Shown here: in pieces, positions 39,655 to 52,585 of the stretch
Layout of the letters: each line of letters starts with the position of its first letter
How positions within the stretch are numbered: position 1 is the stretch's first letter
Source: the human T2T-CHM13v2.0 reference genome, Homo sapiens
Length of the DNA stretch: 64,000 nt
NCBI RefSeq assembly: GCF_009914755.1
Contig: NC_060942.1
Direction: 5' to 3' (one strand)
Notes under the pieces: model-generated
The model's database searches: none
Told to the model about the DNA's origin: nothing
Seen by the model: only the letters and a program-made list of their open reading frames with translations
Made by a program: the position numbers and the translations under genes

Positions 39655-39880
39655 TTTTAATTACAGGAAATGACAGTACCAAAAGATGCTCTGAAGAATC
39701 TTCTATATTCTGGACATACTGTACCTTACCCTTATTTTGTGACAGATAGCAACTCAATTTTCCTCTGACAATCAGGATCAATTACCTCTGCTGGTATAGT
39801 AACTCATTTGTTTGTCTGTTTATTCAGAGGCATGAGGAGCCCAATGTGCCCAGATGTCAGTCTCAACTTTTAGTTCAATA
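39655..39880 (-). pseudogene. Decayed ERV-L dUTPase
   Basis: Manual translation LN*KLRLTSGHIGLLMPLNKQTNK*VTIPAEVIDPDCQRKIELL resembles the dUTPase G-V-I-D-x-D-Y-x-G-E-I motif; contains stops and a frameshift. Confidence 0.85.
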
Positions 39881-40069
39881 AATTTATTGTTGTATTACAG
39901 AAGCAGTCTTTTCTTTGTTAGTAATAGCTTGGCACCAGGAGAGCATATGTAAAGGAAAGAAGAGACAAATTTTAAAATATTAAATAAACACCAATGAAAA
40001 TGTGTTATAAAATATTTATAAAATATAAATGTTATTCAAAAATAAAATATAAAATATTAACCATGCCTC

Positions 40070-40325
40070 TTCAATTCCCTTTGGTTACTCTTATCATGAG
40101 ATGTGTATTTCTATCCTTTTACTTTTAAGCTATTTAGATCCTTTTACTTAAAGTATCTTTCAACTAGGTACCATTAACTTTAATTTACATTGTTTATTCT
40201 ATATTACAATCTCTGCCATTACTTTAGACCACTTATATTTAATGTAATTACTAATATATTTTTTAATTGGCCCTCTTGCTGTCTGCTTTTGTTATGGTCT
40301 GCTTTTTTTTTGCTTCCTTTTTTTC
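40070..40325 (-). mobile_element. Old L1M fragment
   Basis: tttctatccttttactttta...acaatctctgcc...atatttaatgtaatta. Confidence 0.6.
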
Positions 40326-43300
40326 CCTGCAGAATATGAAATTAACTGGACTTTGGAAATCATTACATAAGTTGGCCATGCACTGAAACATGGGATTCCT
40401 AAGGTAAGACAGCTTTGTACATGGAGAAAGTCAAGATCTTATTCAATTAATGAACTTATATTGGAGTTGAATTGCACAAGAGCTGCCTATGTGATATTCA
40501 GGTAGTGATGGCTAATATGAAGTCAGAGTATAGCCAAGTTGTCTGAGCTTGATATTTTGATTTGAGGGTCCACATGGTTTGAGGAAATACATGGTAGATG
40601 GAACCATGGATGGGCAACATATAAATGCCATTTTCTTTGCAAAATATGTAGAGAGAAGAGCAGAAGAAAAAAGAAGAACTTAAAGTCCTACATACATTTT
40701 GAGTATGGTTAGAATAAACGAATGGTGAGAAAATACATCAAGAGATGTCTAGAAAGGTAAAAGGAGAGAATGAAAATATAGGGAGAAAAAAATGGAAAAG
40801 AAGATATTGGTCCATAGTATTAAATATTGCTCTAGAGCAATAAGGACTAATATTTTTGGATTGAGCAGTTATCTTAGCAGTAAGAGCATCATATTATCTG
40901 GATGGACATCTGATTATAGGAGTGGAGGAGGAAGATTGTAAGATCAAAGATTTATTGAGTACAGGGGACAAAAGTCAAAGGGATACAGAGTTGTATGCCT
41001 ATCAGGTTCAGCATAGCACCCTTGGTCATGTTGATCTCAGATAAAGTGGCTACTGGCCAGAAAGGCTGGTAACATCAGGGTTGATACTGAAAGTTCAATT
41101 TAGGATGAAATAATGAGGATGATATTTAGAGTGAGATCTTCATTTTAAGACTTAATTTGATTGCAACAAACAGTGCTAACATGTTTTTGTTTACTTTGAT
41201 TAGGTGGAAGCTGCAGTGTACATAGACTTGATTGAGCCATCTTAAAGCTGCAGTCTCAAACACCTAACACTAGATTCACTTCACATAGTTATCTCCTGAC
41301 TATTAAGTTAAAAAGGTGAAAAGAGGTATCCTGAGATTAGGGTGAGGGCATCAAGTGAAGAGAGGGGGAAAAATTTGTCTAAGTAATTCTGACACTTATT
41401 CCTTCAGCCCATGTAGTGACGGGGGAAGTACGTTATGAATTCAGATTACCCTTTTACCCCTTTTTGTCAAAAAAAAAAAGAAGTGGATGAGTGACGGTAA
41501 ACATATATCACAGAAGTTTTTATTAATCAGAGACGTTTTCAGGAGGGAGCAACCAGTTGTCCGAATTTATTGTTAGTCATGCAGGTAATGTTCTGAAACA
41601 AGTAAGTAATTTTTAGTCACTATTTTAGACATGTCACTGTAAAATGTGAATTCTGGTTCAAGTACATATCACACCCCATTCACTTCTGTACCCCAGGAGG
41701 TTTCTTATGATTAATGTTATTCCCAGGATTGTCAAAAGATTAATAATTAGCTACCTATAGCCAGAAACACAGATAAGCCACCTGCTTTCCCTTCCCAATT
41801 CATTTCCTTCCTTTGTTTAATCACACAATGAAACAATTATCTTCCATTCGTGACATCGAAATCACTCCCATAGCAACAGGCATCTCCTTCTAATACTTCA
41901 GTGTGGAAAGAATCAGAGAGCAGATATGGATTTTTGAAGGACAAAGAACATATTTTTATATAAATACACCAACAACCAGCAATTTCTAGGAGAAAGAAAT
42001 AGAGAGGAATAGGGATATCTCATAGATCAGGCTTTCTTTTTAAATGTTAATTTTTATCTGACTGTAAACTTCATCTTTTAAAGCCTTTCTCCCATTATTA
42101 TCATCATACCTTGAGTGCTTACAGCTGAATACTAGTTCTCTCTGACCTTTCTGGAGTCATAAGCCATCCTTTCTCTTTGTCACTGTGATAATGGAATGGA
42201 TCAGATTCTTCCTGCAGACATTATAATGGAGTTCAACTGTCTATGGCATACACTAATGAAAAATGTTAAACCTTTCTTGTCTCCACCAAGTGCCGCCACA
42301 GCACACAGCAGATGCCCTGCCTGTAGATGCCCATATGGCAAGCTGGTATCGGTGATATTTTCTCTAATGTCAAGGGAGCCTGCTGCATGGAAAGGATGTT
42401 GTGGGTGCCATTTGGAGGCTTAGGTACAAGTGCTTCGAGTGAGAGCCACTTTATCTGTCTCTGCCTGTCCCCCCTCTACAGTGCCAGCTAGTCAGTCATT
42501 GGCAGATAAGTGGGTCTCTCTGCTGTGTGATTTCAGGGACACTGGAAGCCCTTTCACTACCCCATCCCCCCCAACACACAATATCTATTGTCTTACAGAT
42601 GTCTGATGTTCCTTTAATCGTCTGCCAAAAAATAAAACAAAAATCAAAACTGAAAAATAATGTATGAAATGCAACACTGCAGAGGACACATGCTGACTTA
42701 AATCTTCCTTATACAGATATCATTATAAATCATGGGTATTCTGCTTCTCAAAGAAAAATGCACTGTGGGCTATGTGCCATTAAAAAAATGGGGTAGCTAA
42801 AGTGAGTGGAGAGAGATAATAATGTTTTTTTAAATTCACTCCTGAAGCCACTAAGTAAAGTTATTGTTGACTCACTATCACTCATCATTCAAACTATTTA
42901 AGTAAGCATGTAAGGCTTATGAGGTGATGAATACCATTGATGAAGACAACCAAAGAAGTTAAAAGACTCCCCTGGGTGTGAAGATTATAGCAAATGGACA
43001 CTCAGGTCCCATAGTTAATATACAACTTATAGCTCACTTCACTGAGTCACGAGATCCTTGTTTAACAAAAGATAAAAAAATTATATCAAGCAGGATGATG
43101 ATGATGACGATGATGATAATTCAGTAAGTATGGCTTTTCTAGTCTCTTCTATTTCTTCACTAGAGATCTCTTATTCAGGGGCTAGTGGCAGTGAGCTAAC
43201 GAAGACTTCAGGTACCTAACACTCTTACCCAGAAATAACAATATAATGATTTTATAGGGTGCCCAAACTTCTCTTGGTGAATCTCCTGAATCATTTAAAA

Positions 43301-43879
43301 TGGGGTCATTTTGTTATTACTATTTCTCTAGCTCTACAGTGCTGTACTATCATATCCCACATAATAATAGCTGGTTTCTAGTCCATTCCCATAATAACTA
43401 TGTGTTGGTGACAAGGAGGCACATGCCACCTTTTATTTTCAAACCAAAATAGTCCAAAAGAGATGAACCTGGTAGAAAGTAGTCATGGCTTTTTAACTAC
43501 ACTGTAGTTTGATTTCTGCTTCAGAGACAAACTGAGATTGCATGCATGCTTGCCAAGTAACAAGGCCAACTAAGGTAATTGTGAATAATTTCACTTAAGA
43601 TTCCTCCATGAGCAAAATAATATAGATAGCTAAGGTGTTTGCATCTGTTTTACTTGTGTTTATGAAAATCAACAGAGATAAATCTTATGAGACTCAAATA
43701 TTTAGTTTGCTTTTTTTCTCTGCGCATACCATTGAATTAATACATAAATGTAAGGCATCACATGATATGTCAGAACCACTATTTTTAGATTATGTTCCCC
43801 AAGGTTTCCACCAAATATACAGTATAGCTTATATTTGGAGTTGGCAAAGAGGTTGGAGGCTAAATCCTGCAGTGACTGA

Positions 43880-44080
43880 CACACAGGTTTTGCAGTAACA
43901 CAGATTGTGTTCAATTCCTACCTCACACAAATTTTGTAACCTCCCAATGCCTCTGTTTCCTAATTTTCTCAAAGGAGACAGTAATATCTATCATATGGAT
44001 TTGTCATGACGGTTAACTTAAGTAATTTACATGAAACACTTACAACAATGCATGGGGCACAGTAAACCCTTTATAAGTTT
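43880..44080 (+). mobile_element. MIR
   Basis: tgcctctgtttcct...taatatctatc...aacacttacaacaatgc...cacagtaa. Confidence 0.7.
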
Positions 44081-44919
44081 CTTAGTCAACTTCAGATTGC
44101 AGAAGGAAGCCGAGACTGTTTAATGCTAAGATTAAAAAAGCTCTTTAAAGACAAGGACTTTAATTCCCCCTCCTTCAACTGCCCCCTCCTCCCAACAAAC
44201 AAACACACCCCAGAAAATAGTTCAGTGCCTAACACAAAACTGGGACTCAAGAGAGTTCAGTGATATATGTGTTCTGGAGTTTCTAATCTGTGTTTGCATT
44301 ATCTGTCTCAGGACTGATGGCAGGGGCTTTTGTTTGGATGTTCTGTTGAACAACTTTTTTAGGACTATTGGCAGGTGAAACATTACACTCCTAAGGTTGA
44401 TGACAATGAAGACACTTCATAACCAAATACAAATTGGCCCTGGTATCTTGCCAGTGGTTTTTCTGGTACATTGGATGAAGATTTGATTGCTGGCTGGCAA
44501 GTACACTGACTTGATCCCTGAGGTTTTAATGGTTTTGATCACATTTTTGTCTCCCTGAAAAGTGCAGTTGTTGGCAATCGCTCTTTTCCTCATTACTGCC
44601 AACTGGCTCTGGCCTGCTGTATTTCTTTCTTCTATTGCTCCCTCACTCTAAGTTTTTATAGCATAACTTGAAAATAGTCTGACCCCCTTAATTGCATATC
44701 AACTTTGGCCATCCAGAAGATCCTCATTGGAATAATGCATTCCTTTGAAGTTTACTGAAAAAGAACCTCAACAATTAATTACTTTTTATATTAATATCAT
44801 GCATATTGACTGACCTCTCACCATATTTCTAGTAAGGGCAAAAAGATACGATACTTGTGTTTATCTGGGCTATGATGTACCTTTTAATTCACTGATTAAT
44901 ACAATTATCCAAGTAACAA

Positions 44920-45900
44920 GTCTTCACAAAATGCTTAATATATGCCAAGTACAGTCTGAGGTAGTGGGAATACAATGATGAACAAAAGCAAACAGAGTCC
45001 TTGATCTTATAGAATGTTTATGCCAGTAAAATAGACAAATGTTGTCAACCACACAAACCGATGTAAAACTGTAACATTGATAATACTCTAAAGTTGAAGT
45101 GCTTGATTTCATGAGTTGTAGGAGTATTTGTCTGATCGCAATCAGGAAAGTTAGAGACACTTTTCCGAAGAAATGGCAATTGAACAGTTATGAAGATAAT
45201 GACTGATGACAGAGAAAAACATTTCATGTTGGTGGTATAAGATGTGCCAACATTGAGATACAAGGGAGGTTTAGGCATGGAGCTTTAAAGGAGCAGGAGA
45301 AGACTACAGACTCCGAAACAGAAAAAGTGGGATAGATTCAACTGTTCAATAAAGCTGAAGAGGAACTCCTAAAGTTGATACCGTCATACCAGGCCTTGAA
45401 GGCCAAGTTGCAAGATGCCACATAGAGTTTAAAAACAATGAGATTAGAGTGATTTTAAACATAAAGAGAATATGATACAAATTTTCCTTTTGAAAATACG
45501 ATTGTCTAGTATATGGAGAAGTCAAGGTGGAAAAGAGAAAAACACAGGTAGAACAGTAAAGTGGCTAATATAAAAGTCTTAGACCAAAAAAAAAAAAAAA
45601 GATCTGGACAAAAGTGGTAGGTGTATGAAGAGAAATAAGGGGGATAAAAGAATATTTAATGATATGGGTATCAAACATACCTCTTTAGTGTCAGAGTTAC
45701 TCCTAGTTTCAAGATTACATAAATTTGGAGAGGTAAGAAATCATATGATTTTTATCTAATTTAGTTTTAACCATATTGAGTTTAAAATGTCTTTGAAATA
45801 TTTAGGAGGAGATGGCAGGTGAGAAGACTATTGGACACACATTTGGGGTTAGAGAGATATATGTCTTCACCTGAAGATATATATGTGAGTTATCTTATAA
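44920..45900 (-). mobile_element. L2 fragment
   Basis: tatgccaagtac...gggaatacaatgatgaacaaaa...; attgagtttaaaatgtctttgaaata...ggagatg. Confidence 0.7.
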
Positions 45901-48371
45901 TTCTTAATTATAGTTACCATATTATAAAATAACTACTAATTTCAATAGAGAAATTGACTAACTTCCTGAGACAGGCAGCCATGAGTGATAAGAGAAACAA
46001 GCAGAGGATTCAAGCTTTCAGAATTTGAAAAACTTTGTGGACTATGAGTCCCAGGCTTCCCCATTAAACTGTGGATCCAGGTCTAGGAGGGCCTAATACT
46101 GAATTAAAAGCAGAATCCAGATGACTGGATAAAAGGTGCATGAGAATTTGAATAACTATAATAGTTTTTCTTGTAACTAAAGTTGTTTATATTCCCTATA
46201 TATTTGTCTGTATAGATTGAAACTTTGAAATTTAACTCTTGACTTTATCTGACAATCAAGATAATCACAGATCATGTGTTAATTTTATACTTTTTTGTCT
46301 ATAAATAAAGCTGGTAAATATATTATTAACAATGTTGCTCAATGTCCCTTATAGAAAAACTCCTATAACAAATATTTCTCATAGCTTTTTCTTTTTTGCA
46401 CTTAATCCTGAATGTTTCTGATAAGGAAACTCACCTTTCTTTCTAATAGTCAGGTCATTCTTTCCCTCAAACTAAACTTCTCATATTGTTTTTAAAATGT
46501 AAACTTCATTTCTTTAGCTTCCTGCATCTCTGCTTACTTTGTCCATGTTTGTATTTATTTCCATCAGATATCTAGGCTCTCAACCACCACAGTATCTTTG
46601 CGCCTTCAAACCAACTTAATTATGTAAGTCTTTCTTTTCTGTCCTTTTTCTGGATTCTATCACTTGCCTGTATCCTCTCCCATCATTGCCATTGGGCACT
46701 CCAGCAGCTCAGATCTTCCCATTCTCATTATTCTTTTTCAAAGGTGGGTTCTTTTTCAACATCCAGGGGTTCAGAGATAGACCCAACATTGTAAAGATAA
46801 ACTTGTGATCCGTCTGTGAACTAAACAGAGTGGTTGTCCAAAGCTTTGTGGGAAAATGGAAAAGTAGACCGCAATAAATATTCTCATTCTTCAGTTTTCT
46901 TATAGTTCAGGTTGAGTATAGGGTATTGTTTAGTCCAATATTCCTCTTTTCCAACTTGAAAATAAGCAACCGTCTTTATGAAAGGTACTATAATTAAGAT
47001 AATGAAGGAGAGGTAGGAAATGTCACTGCTGTCTAATAGAAGTCCATCCTCTCCTTCTTGTCACACTTCTAAATGTTCTAGTCCATCCCTTCTCATTTGC
47101 TCTTTCTCTTCTTACCTTTCCTATAAATCAAAACTATGATAATACCAATATATTTGTCTAGATTTTTATTCAAATTGTCATAATGTCAGTATATTTGTAT
47201 TAACCTTATTTGTTGCTTTGAACACTTGCATAAACTCAACATAGCACATGTGTGTGTCTCTACCCCTTTCGAAGATTTAAACATCTTCATTCAAATCTCC
47301 CTTGACATCTAGTACTAGGAAAGGCTGATAATTGATCCATAAAACCATTGTTAAATAATTATGTTAGAGTAAAAATGACTTCTGCTCTAACATTTCAATA
47401 CATATCTGCACGTATTGAATATGGGAGAAATACATAACTTTTAGTTTGGATATGATATAGCTTAATGCTTAGCAATTCAATACAGTAAAAAATTATCCCA
47501 AAACACATGCATTTCACAATGTAAAGGAAGGAGGAAGCCTAGATTATAGTTGGCTGTAATATAGGATGGAACAGAGTTTGCCTTGGGGAAGTGGTATGAC
47601 TGTTCACTGAAAGGTTTCTACCTTTCACTGGAGAACTTGTTAAAGTTCCTGATGGGAGTGGAAATGTTTTAGGCGTAAGCAAATACAAAGGCACAGAGAA
47701 TAAAAAGTATGTGCTGTGTCCAAAAGCCTATGAGTAGCAGGAGATTAAAAACGGGCTGCTAAGGACAAGAGAATGAGGTTAAAAAGCTAGCTAGGCACCA
47801 GCATGGAGAGCATATAATGCCACCTAAGTAGAGTGACCCTTACACTGAGGTGTCTGGAATGGCTAATGCCTATTGTCATTAATAGCTACCTCCAGTCTCT
47901 CAAAAGTGTGTGGCTTAACTAGCAGATTAGGTCATTATTCTGTACATATAGAACTGTGACATGGTAGTATAGATCAATGCTTTCCACAGCACATCCTACA
48001 GAATAAAGGTACTGAAAAATGCTGATAGGGACATTGAACAAAAGGTTTCTATAAACTGTTGTGAGAATCATTTATGTAATATCTGTCCTTCTTGAACATT
48101 CACAATGCACATGTACAAGTCCTATAGTGTAGAAGGCTATTTAAATGCTTTAACAATTTTTAACCACAGAAACCTTTCCATCACAAGATGCAAATTCAGA
48201 CATCACAAAAGTAAGAATGTTTGTCTATTGATTGGAAGATTACTATAGGATAAGTGTTATGCTATAGGAAAATTAATCTTTAGCAGGCTGGGTTAGTAGG
48301 AACAAACACTGGAGATGGCAAGATACATTATTTTTTAAAAAAATTTTTACATTTGTTACACTTTAATCCAG

Positions 48372-48944
48372 TATAGCAGATTGTATTTTCCAACATTAAC
48401 ATCACACATGAACTTCCAGAACCTTGCCACTCCGCCATCAAGAGGTGGTGTCTACATTGCTTCATCTTTAAATTGAGTCAGCCTTTATGGCTGTGTCAAC
48501 TGATAGAATGGTACAGAAGTTGAGTTATGTGACTTCTGAGTTTAGGTCATAAAAGGTGATACAGATTCTGCCTGACTTTCTCTCAATATATGCACTTTTG
48601 GAGCCCTGATTCATCCCATAAGAAGTCCAGCTACCCTGAATCTATCATGCTGGAGAAAACACATAGTGATAAAGAGAAATGCTTGAGGAGCTCCAGCTGT
48701 TCCTCCATCAGCCATGTGCATCTTCCCAGCCCAGATGCTAAAAATGTGATAAGGATGACTTGGAGACAACTGCAGCCCCAGCCATTGTCTGACTACAACT
48801 ACATGAGACACCCTGACAAAGAACTACCTAACTGGTTCCAGTCATTCACCACCCAAAACCATGACACATAATAATAAATGACAGGTTTTGTTTATTGCCA
48901 CAATATTTGATGTGGTCTGTTGTAAGGCATTAGATGGTTAGAGT
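48372..48944 (+). mobile_element. MLT1 (G/H-like) MaLR LTR
   Basis: ccatcaagaggtgg...agaatggtacagaag...gtgacttctgag...taggtcataaaagg...aagaagtccagctaccctg...ataataaatg. Confidence 0.8.
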
Positions 48945-49229
48945 ATCTGGATCTGTAAAATCCTTCCGAAACTTTAAAAACATGATTAAATACAATTTAA
49001 AAATTCAAAAGTGGGAGGAGAAAATTTAAACAGGAAACTGAAAGAAAGGTAAAATGAAGCAAATCCCCTAAATTTGTCAAAGATGTTTCCCAATGTGATT
49101 CTAAACTTTCTTACAATCATAGTCACTTTGATCTATTGCATAATCAGGCCTGAATAAGAATTGGGGTAGAGTCTTATGTAAAAGGGAGTTATCTCTTACA
49201 AGGTCATGAGTGAAATGGCCAATGAGTAC

Positions 49230-49950
49230 AGTACAGAGATCAGTCAAACTTTGTAGCATCACTTTATAAAGGATGCTGGGGGCTTAAAGTAGAAGTACAA
49301 TAAGGGAATCAAATCTATTGGATGTGAACATCATCAACAGCAACAAACACTATAAAAGAGAAATATTTTTAAATAACATTGATTTATCTTGACAAAAAAG
49401 AAGAGAGAATCAAATATGATTCTGAGACTATCCAGGTAACTAAAAGAGTGGAGCTTTCATTAGCAAAAAGTTGGAAAATAGGAAGAAAAATGTTTGCAAG
49501 AAAATTTTGTTTGAAGTTTTGTAGATGGTCAGACATCCAGACAGTAATATTTAGCAGGCAGATTGAAAGAGAAAATGGGATGCAGAGAATTAGTCAGATT
49601 AAAACAAGTTGTCAGATTTGTGAGTCATCTCCTTGGAGTTGAGAATTGAAGCCGTGACAATCAATGAGACTGTTTGAAGGAATTGTTTCAGGAGAGAAGA
49701 GGAAAATAGAGAACACAAACCTCAAGGAATCATGGGTGAGCAAAGGACCTAGACAGAATTTAAAGAAAGACCATCAATATAAAAATAGCACAAATGAAGC
49801 AATAATAATCAAAACAAAGAGATTATCTGTCAGAGGAAAATGCTGAAATTGAGATGACCAGGTTCAACAAAATCATTGTTTTTTTTTTATTGGAGATTTT
49901 CTGAATTTTGTAAAGCAATTCCAACGATATACTTGGAGGGGTAAAGTCTT
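49230..49950 (-). mobile_element. Decayed L2 fragment
   Basis: Purine-rich antisense L2-like run (gagagaatcaaatatgattc, agatttgtgagtcatc). Confidence 0.55.
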
Positions 49951-52585
49951 AATGGCCCATACATGAATGTCACTTTTAAACTAATTAAAACCAATCCCAA
50001 ATTATCAGATCTTAAATATCAACTATTAAAATAATCATAGTAACTATTTAAGGGATCAACCATTTCTACAAGATCTTTCAAATTGAATTTGAATTAAATA
50101 TAATGCATTCATTGAATTTTTTGCCTCAACTGTGCTTCTCAGATTGACAATGTACATCAGAACAAAATTCTAAATCCTTGATAGCATGCAATGAATAACC
50201 TAGGAGAGCTTATACTTCTTTCCTTTATTTTGATTTCTACAAACATAATAGGCAGAAGAGAGAGTAGGAAAACAATCTCTGGCCCATAAAACATAGCAAG
50301 GAATCTTAGGTTGTATGATTTTAATGTACATATAGATCATAAGGTTCAAAAAGGAATCTTAAAGCTTCTAATGCTGTAGCAACAGAAAAAATCATAAGCA
50401 ACCAGACACCAAAGAAAACGCTAAAATCAAGTGGAGATTTCTCAAGATCAGTTTTCCTAGCACACTAATTAAACAGATAAATGGCCTTCTTATGTAAAAT
50501 GTTAAGCCTTTCACACATTGAAGCCCACACATAAACACATTTATATAAATGCATGTGTGTGTGTGTAAATTAGAATGTGAATGTGAATGTGTGTGTGACC
50601 CACATATACACAGTTAACTTTTCTTTTTCCAGACAGATCTTCCTGCCCAGAGACCCTGAAAAATTCCCTCACATTCCAATATCTTTTATCATACCATTGT
50701 CCCTATTAGTAATACCCTTAAACCTCTGGTATAATTATTCAACCTTACCTATTATTCAAATCTAATTCAGGTCATTTTTCTTCCATATTTGTCTCATGAA
50801 AGGATCATGTTTGTCTTTTTCACCACTGTATGCATTGCAGAGTACATGCTGAATAACTACTGTATGATTGTAGCTTTTTAAATTACTAGAATTCATAAAT
50901 CTATACCAACTCATTCCTTTTCTGAACCCCTAGACCTCATGTAACCCAGATCCATTATATTATTACTATACACCATATTTATTTGGTTTGGGCTTCTTTC
51001 TCTTACATATAATTTCTTTCTTCACATGACATTTAGAAGTATTTGAAAGATGTGGTAAATTGAATTAACCTAAATTGAAATAAAAAGACAAGCTTCTCTT
51101 CCCAGGACCAACATGAATGTGAAATCTATGATCAAACATCTGTTTTCAATGTCAGCTGCAAATTCATTCTTTCATCAATCTCCACCCCTTTGTTAAAGTT
51201 AAGTGTGGGAGAGAGACCAACAGTCATCAGGAACAGAAGACAGCTATGGAAACAATAAGTGCTGATTTAGGTAAACAGGATGTGTAGTGTGTAGGTTTGA
51301 GAGGTTACGTGTGAATGAAGCACTCACTGCCACAAGGACTCTTTTAAGGTTTGTACTGACCACACAACTAGAAAAGTAGTATTTCAAATGTAATGAAGTC
51401 CACTCAAGTACAAGTATCTTTCAGAAAACAACAAAAACAAATTAAATCAAAACAAAACTGTGGAATTAAAAGTTGCACTCTTAGTTAATCATTATTATAG
51501 AGTGCCAAGTGTTTTATAACAGAGGAGGAGACAAGGAAAGGAAAAAGAGAAAGGCAGGACAAAGTAGGAAATGGAAAGAATGAGAAGGAATTGAAACAGT
51601 AGTAGGAGAACTTTGCCTTAATCAGACTGCAAAATATTGACCTCTCCAAATCCTTCAGCTGACTCAAAAATTGGAAAAAAAAATTGATTAGGATTTCGAA
51701 GTGGCAGGAAAGGAACGCCCCTTCTAATGCTCACCAGCGCCAAACAAGAGCAGTCCCACTCTATGGCCCAGGGCTGAGCTCATCAAGCTGGCTCTGGAAC
51801 CAAGATGCCGGCTGTGCCACTGTGCTCCCTTAATGCGTAGCACAAACCCATTTACTTGTTTGATTTTGCCTCTTTTTGGTAAATAATTTACATAGTTTTG
51901 CATTAGCTCAATTTGCAAAAATTGAGCAAACAGTGCAATTTTCTGTAATTATGCCAGTGCAAGACAGAAGTAAAGTCTGGCTGAGAGAGGCTTTATCTGA
52001 ACTGAAAAGACATTTGGTGGAAATGGAGCATGAGAAGAAAATGAAGATCTGCTTAAATTGGCTCTGGCCAAAGTGAGAAAGAACAGAATACAATTCAGCT
52101 AACACTCTAGCTGAACTAAAAGTCTTTGCTTTCCCTCTTATTCTCTAAAAGTTGTCAGGTGTGCATACGTATACCACACATATGGTATTATGCCTACCCT
52201 CCCAGAGAGGAAACAGATTCCATTGTGATGGCTACAATGTGATTTTCTCACTCAAACACATATACTCCTTATTTGACTAAACTTACTTATTCTTCACTTT
52301 GATCCTCCATTTTGCATACCTTCCATTCATCCCAAAACATCCTACAAAAGCTAAATCATGAAAGTAAAGATTAAGGTTAATTTTCTCAAATGCCAACTAT
52401 GTGCATGGCTCTGCCTGGAAGTGCCTGATGGAGTCTGAAGAGCTTGAGGGGTAGGCACTTATTTACAACTCTGGGCATGGGGCAGCAGGGTATGCATTAA
52501 AGTATCTCTGCTAATCTCTGAATTGTGGAAAATTGGTATGACCAGACATTCCATTCTTCTCTAATTGCAACATGGTCTAGAAAGG

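Larger units (their letters stand above)
37410..39900 (-). mobile_element. ERV-L internal 3' region, split by Tigger2a/Alu and MER11
   Basis: Segments 37410-37683, 38396-38579 and 39649-39900; the last two translate to ERV-L dUTPase-region peptides. Confidence 0.8.

Noticed and set aside
34810-51746. Shared 13-mer TGTTTGGCGCTGG in opposite orientations
   Set aside because: Many 13-mer matches are expected by chance in 64 kb, and there is no flanking similarity.
51906-51927. 9-bp hairpin with a GCAA loop
   Set aside because: About chance frequency; no supporting RNA-gene context.
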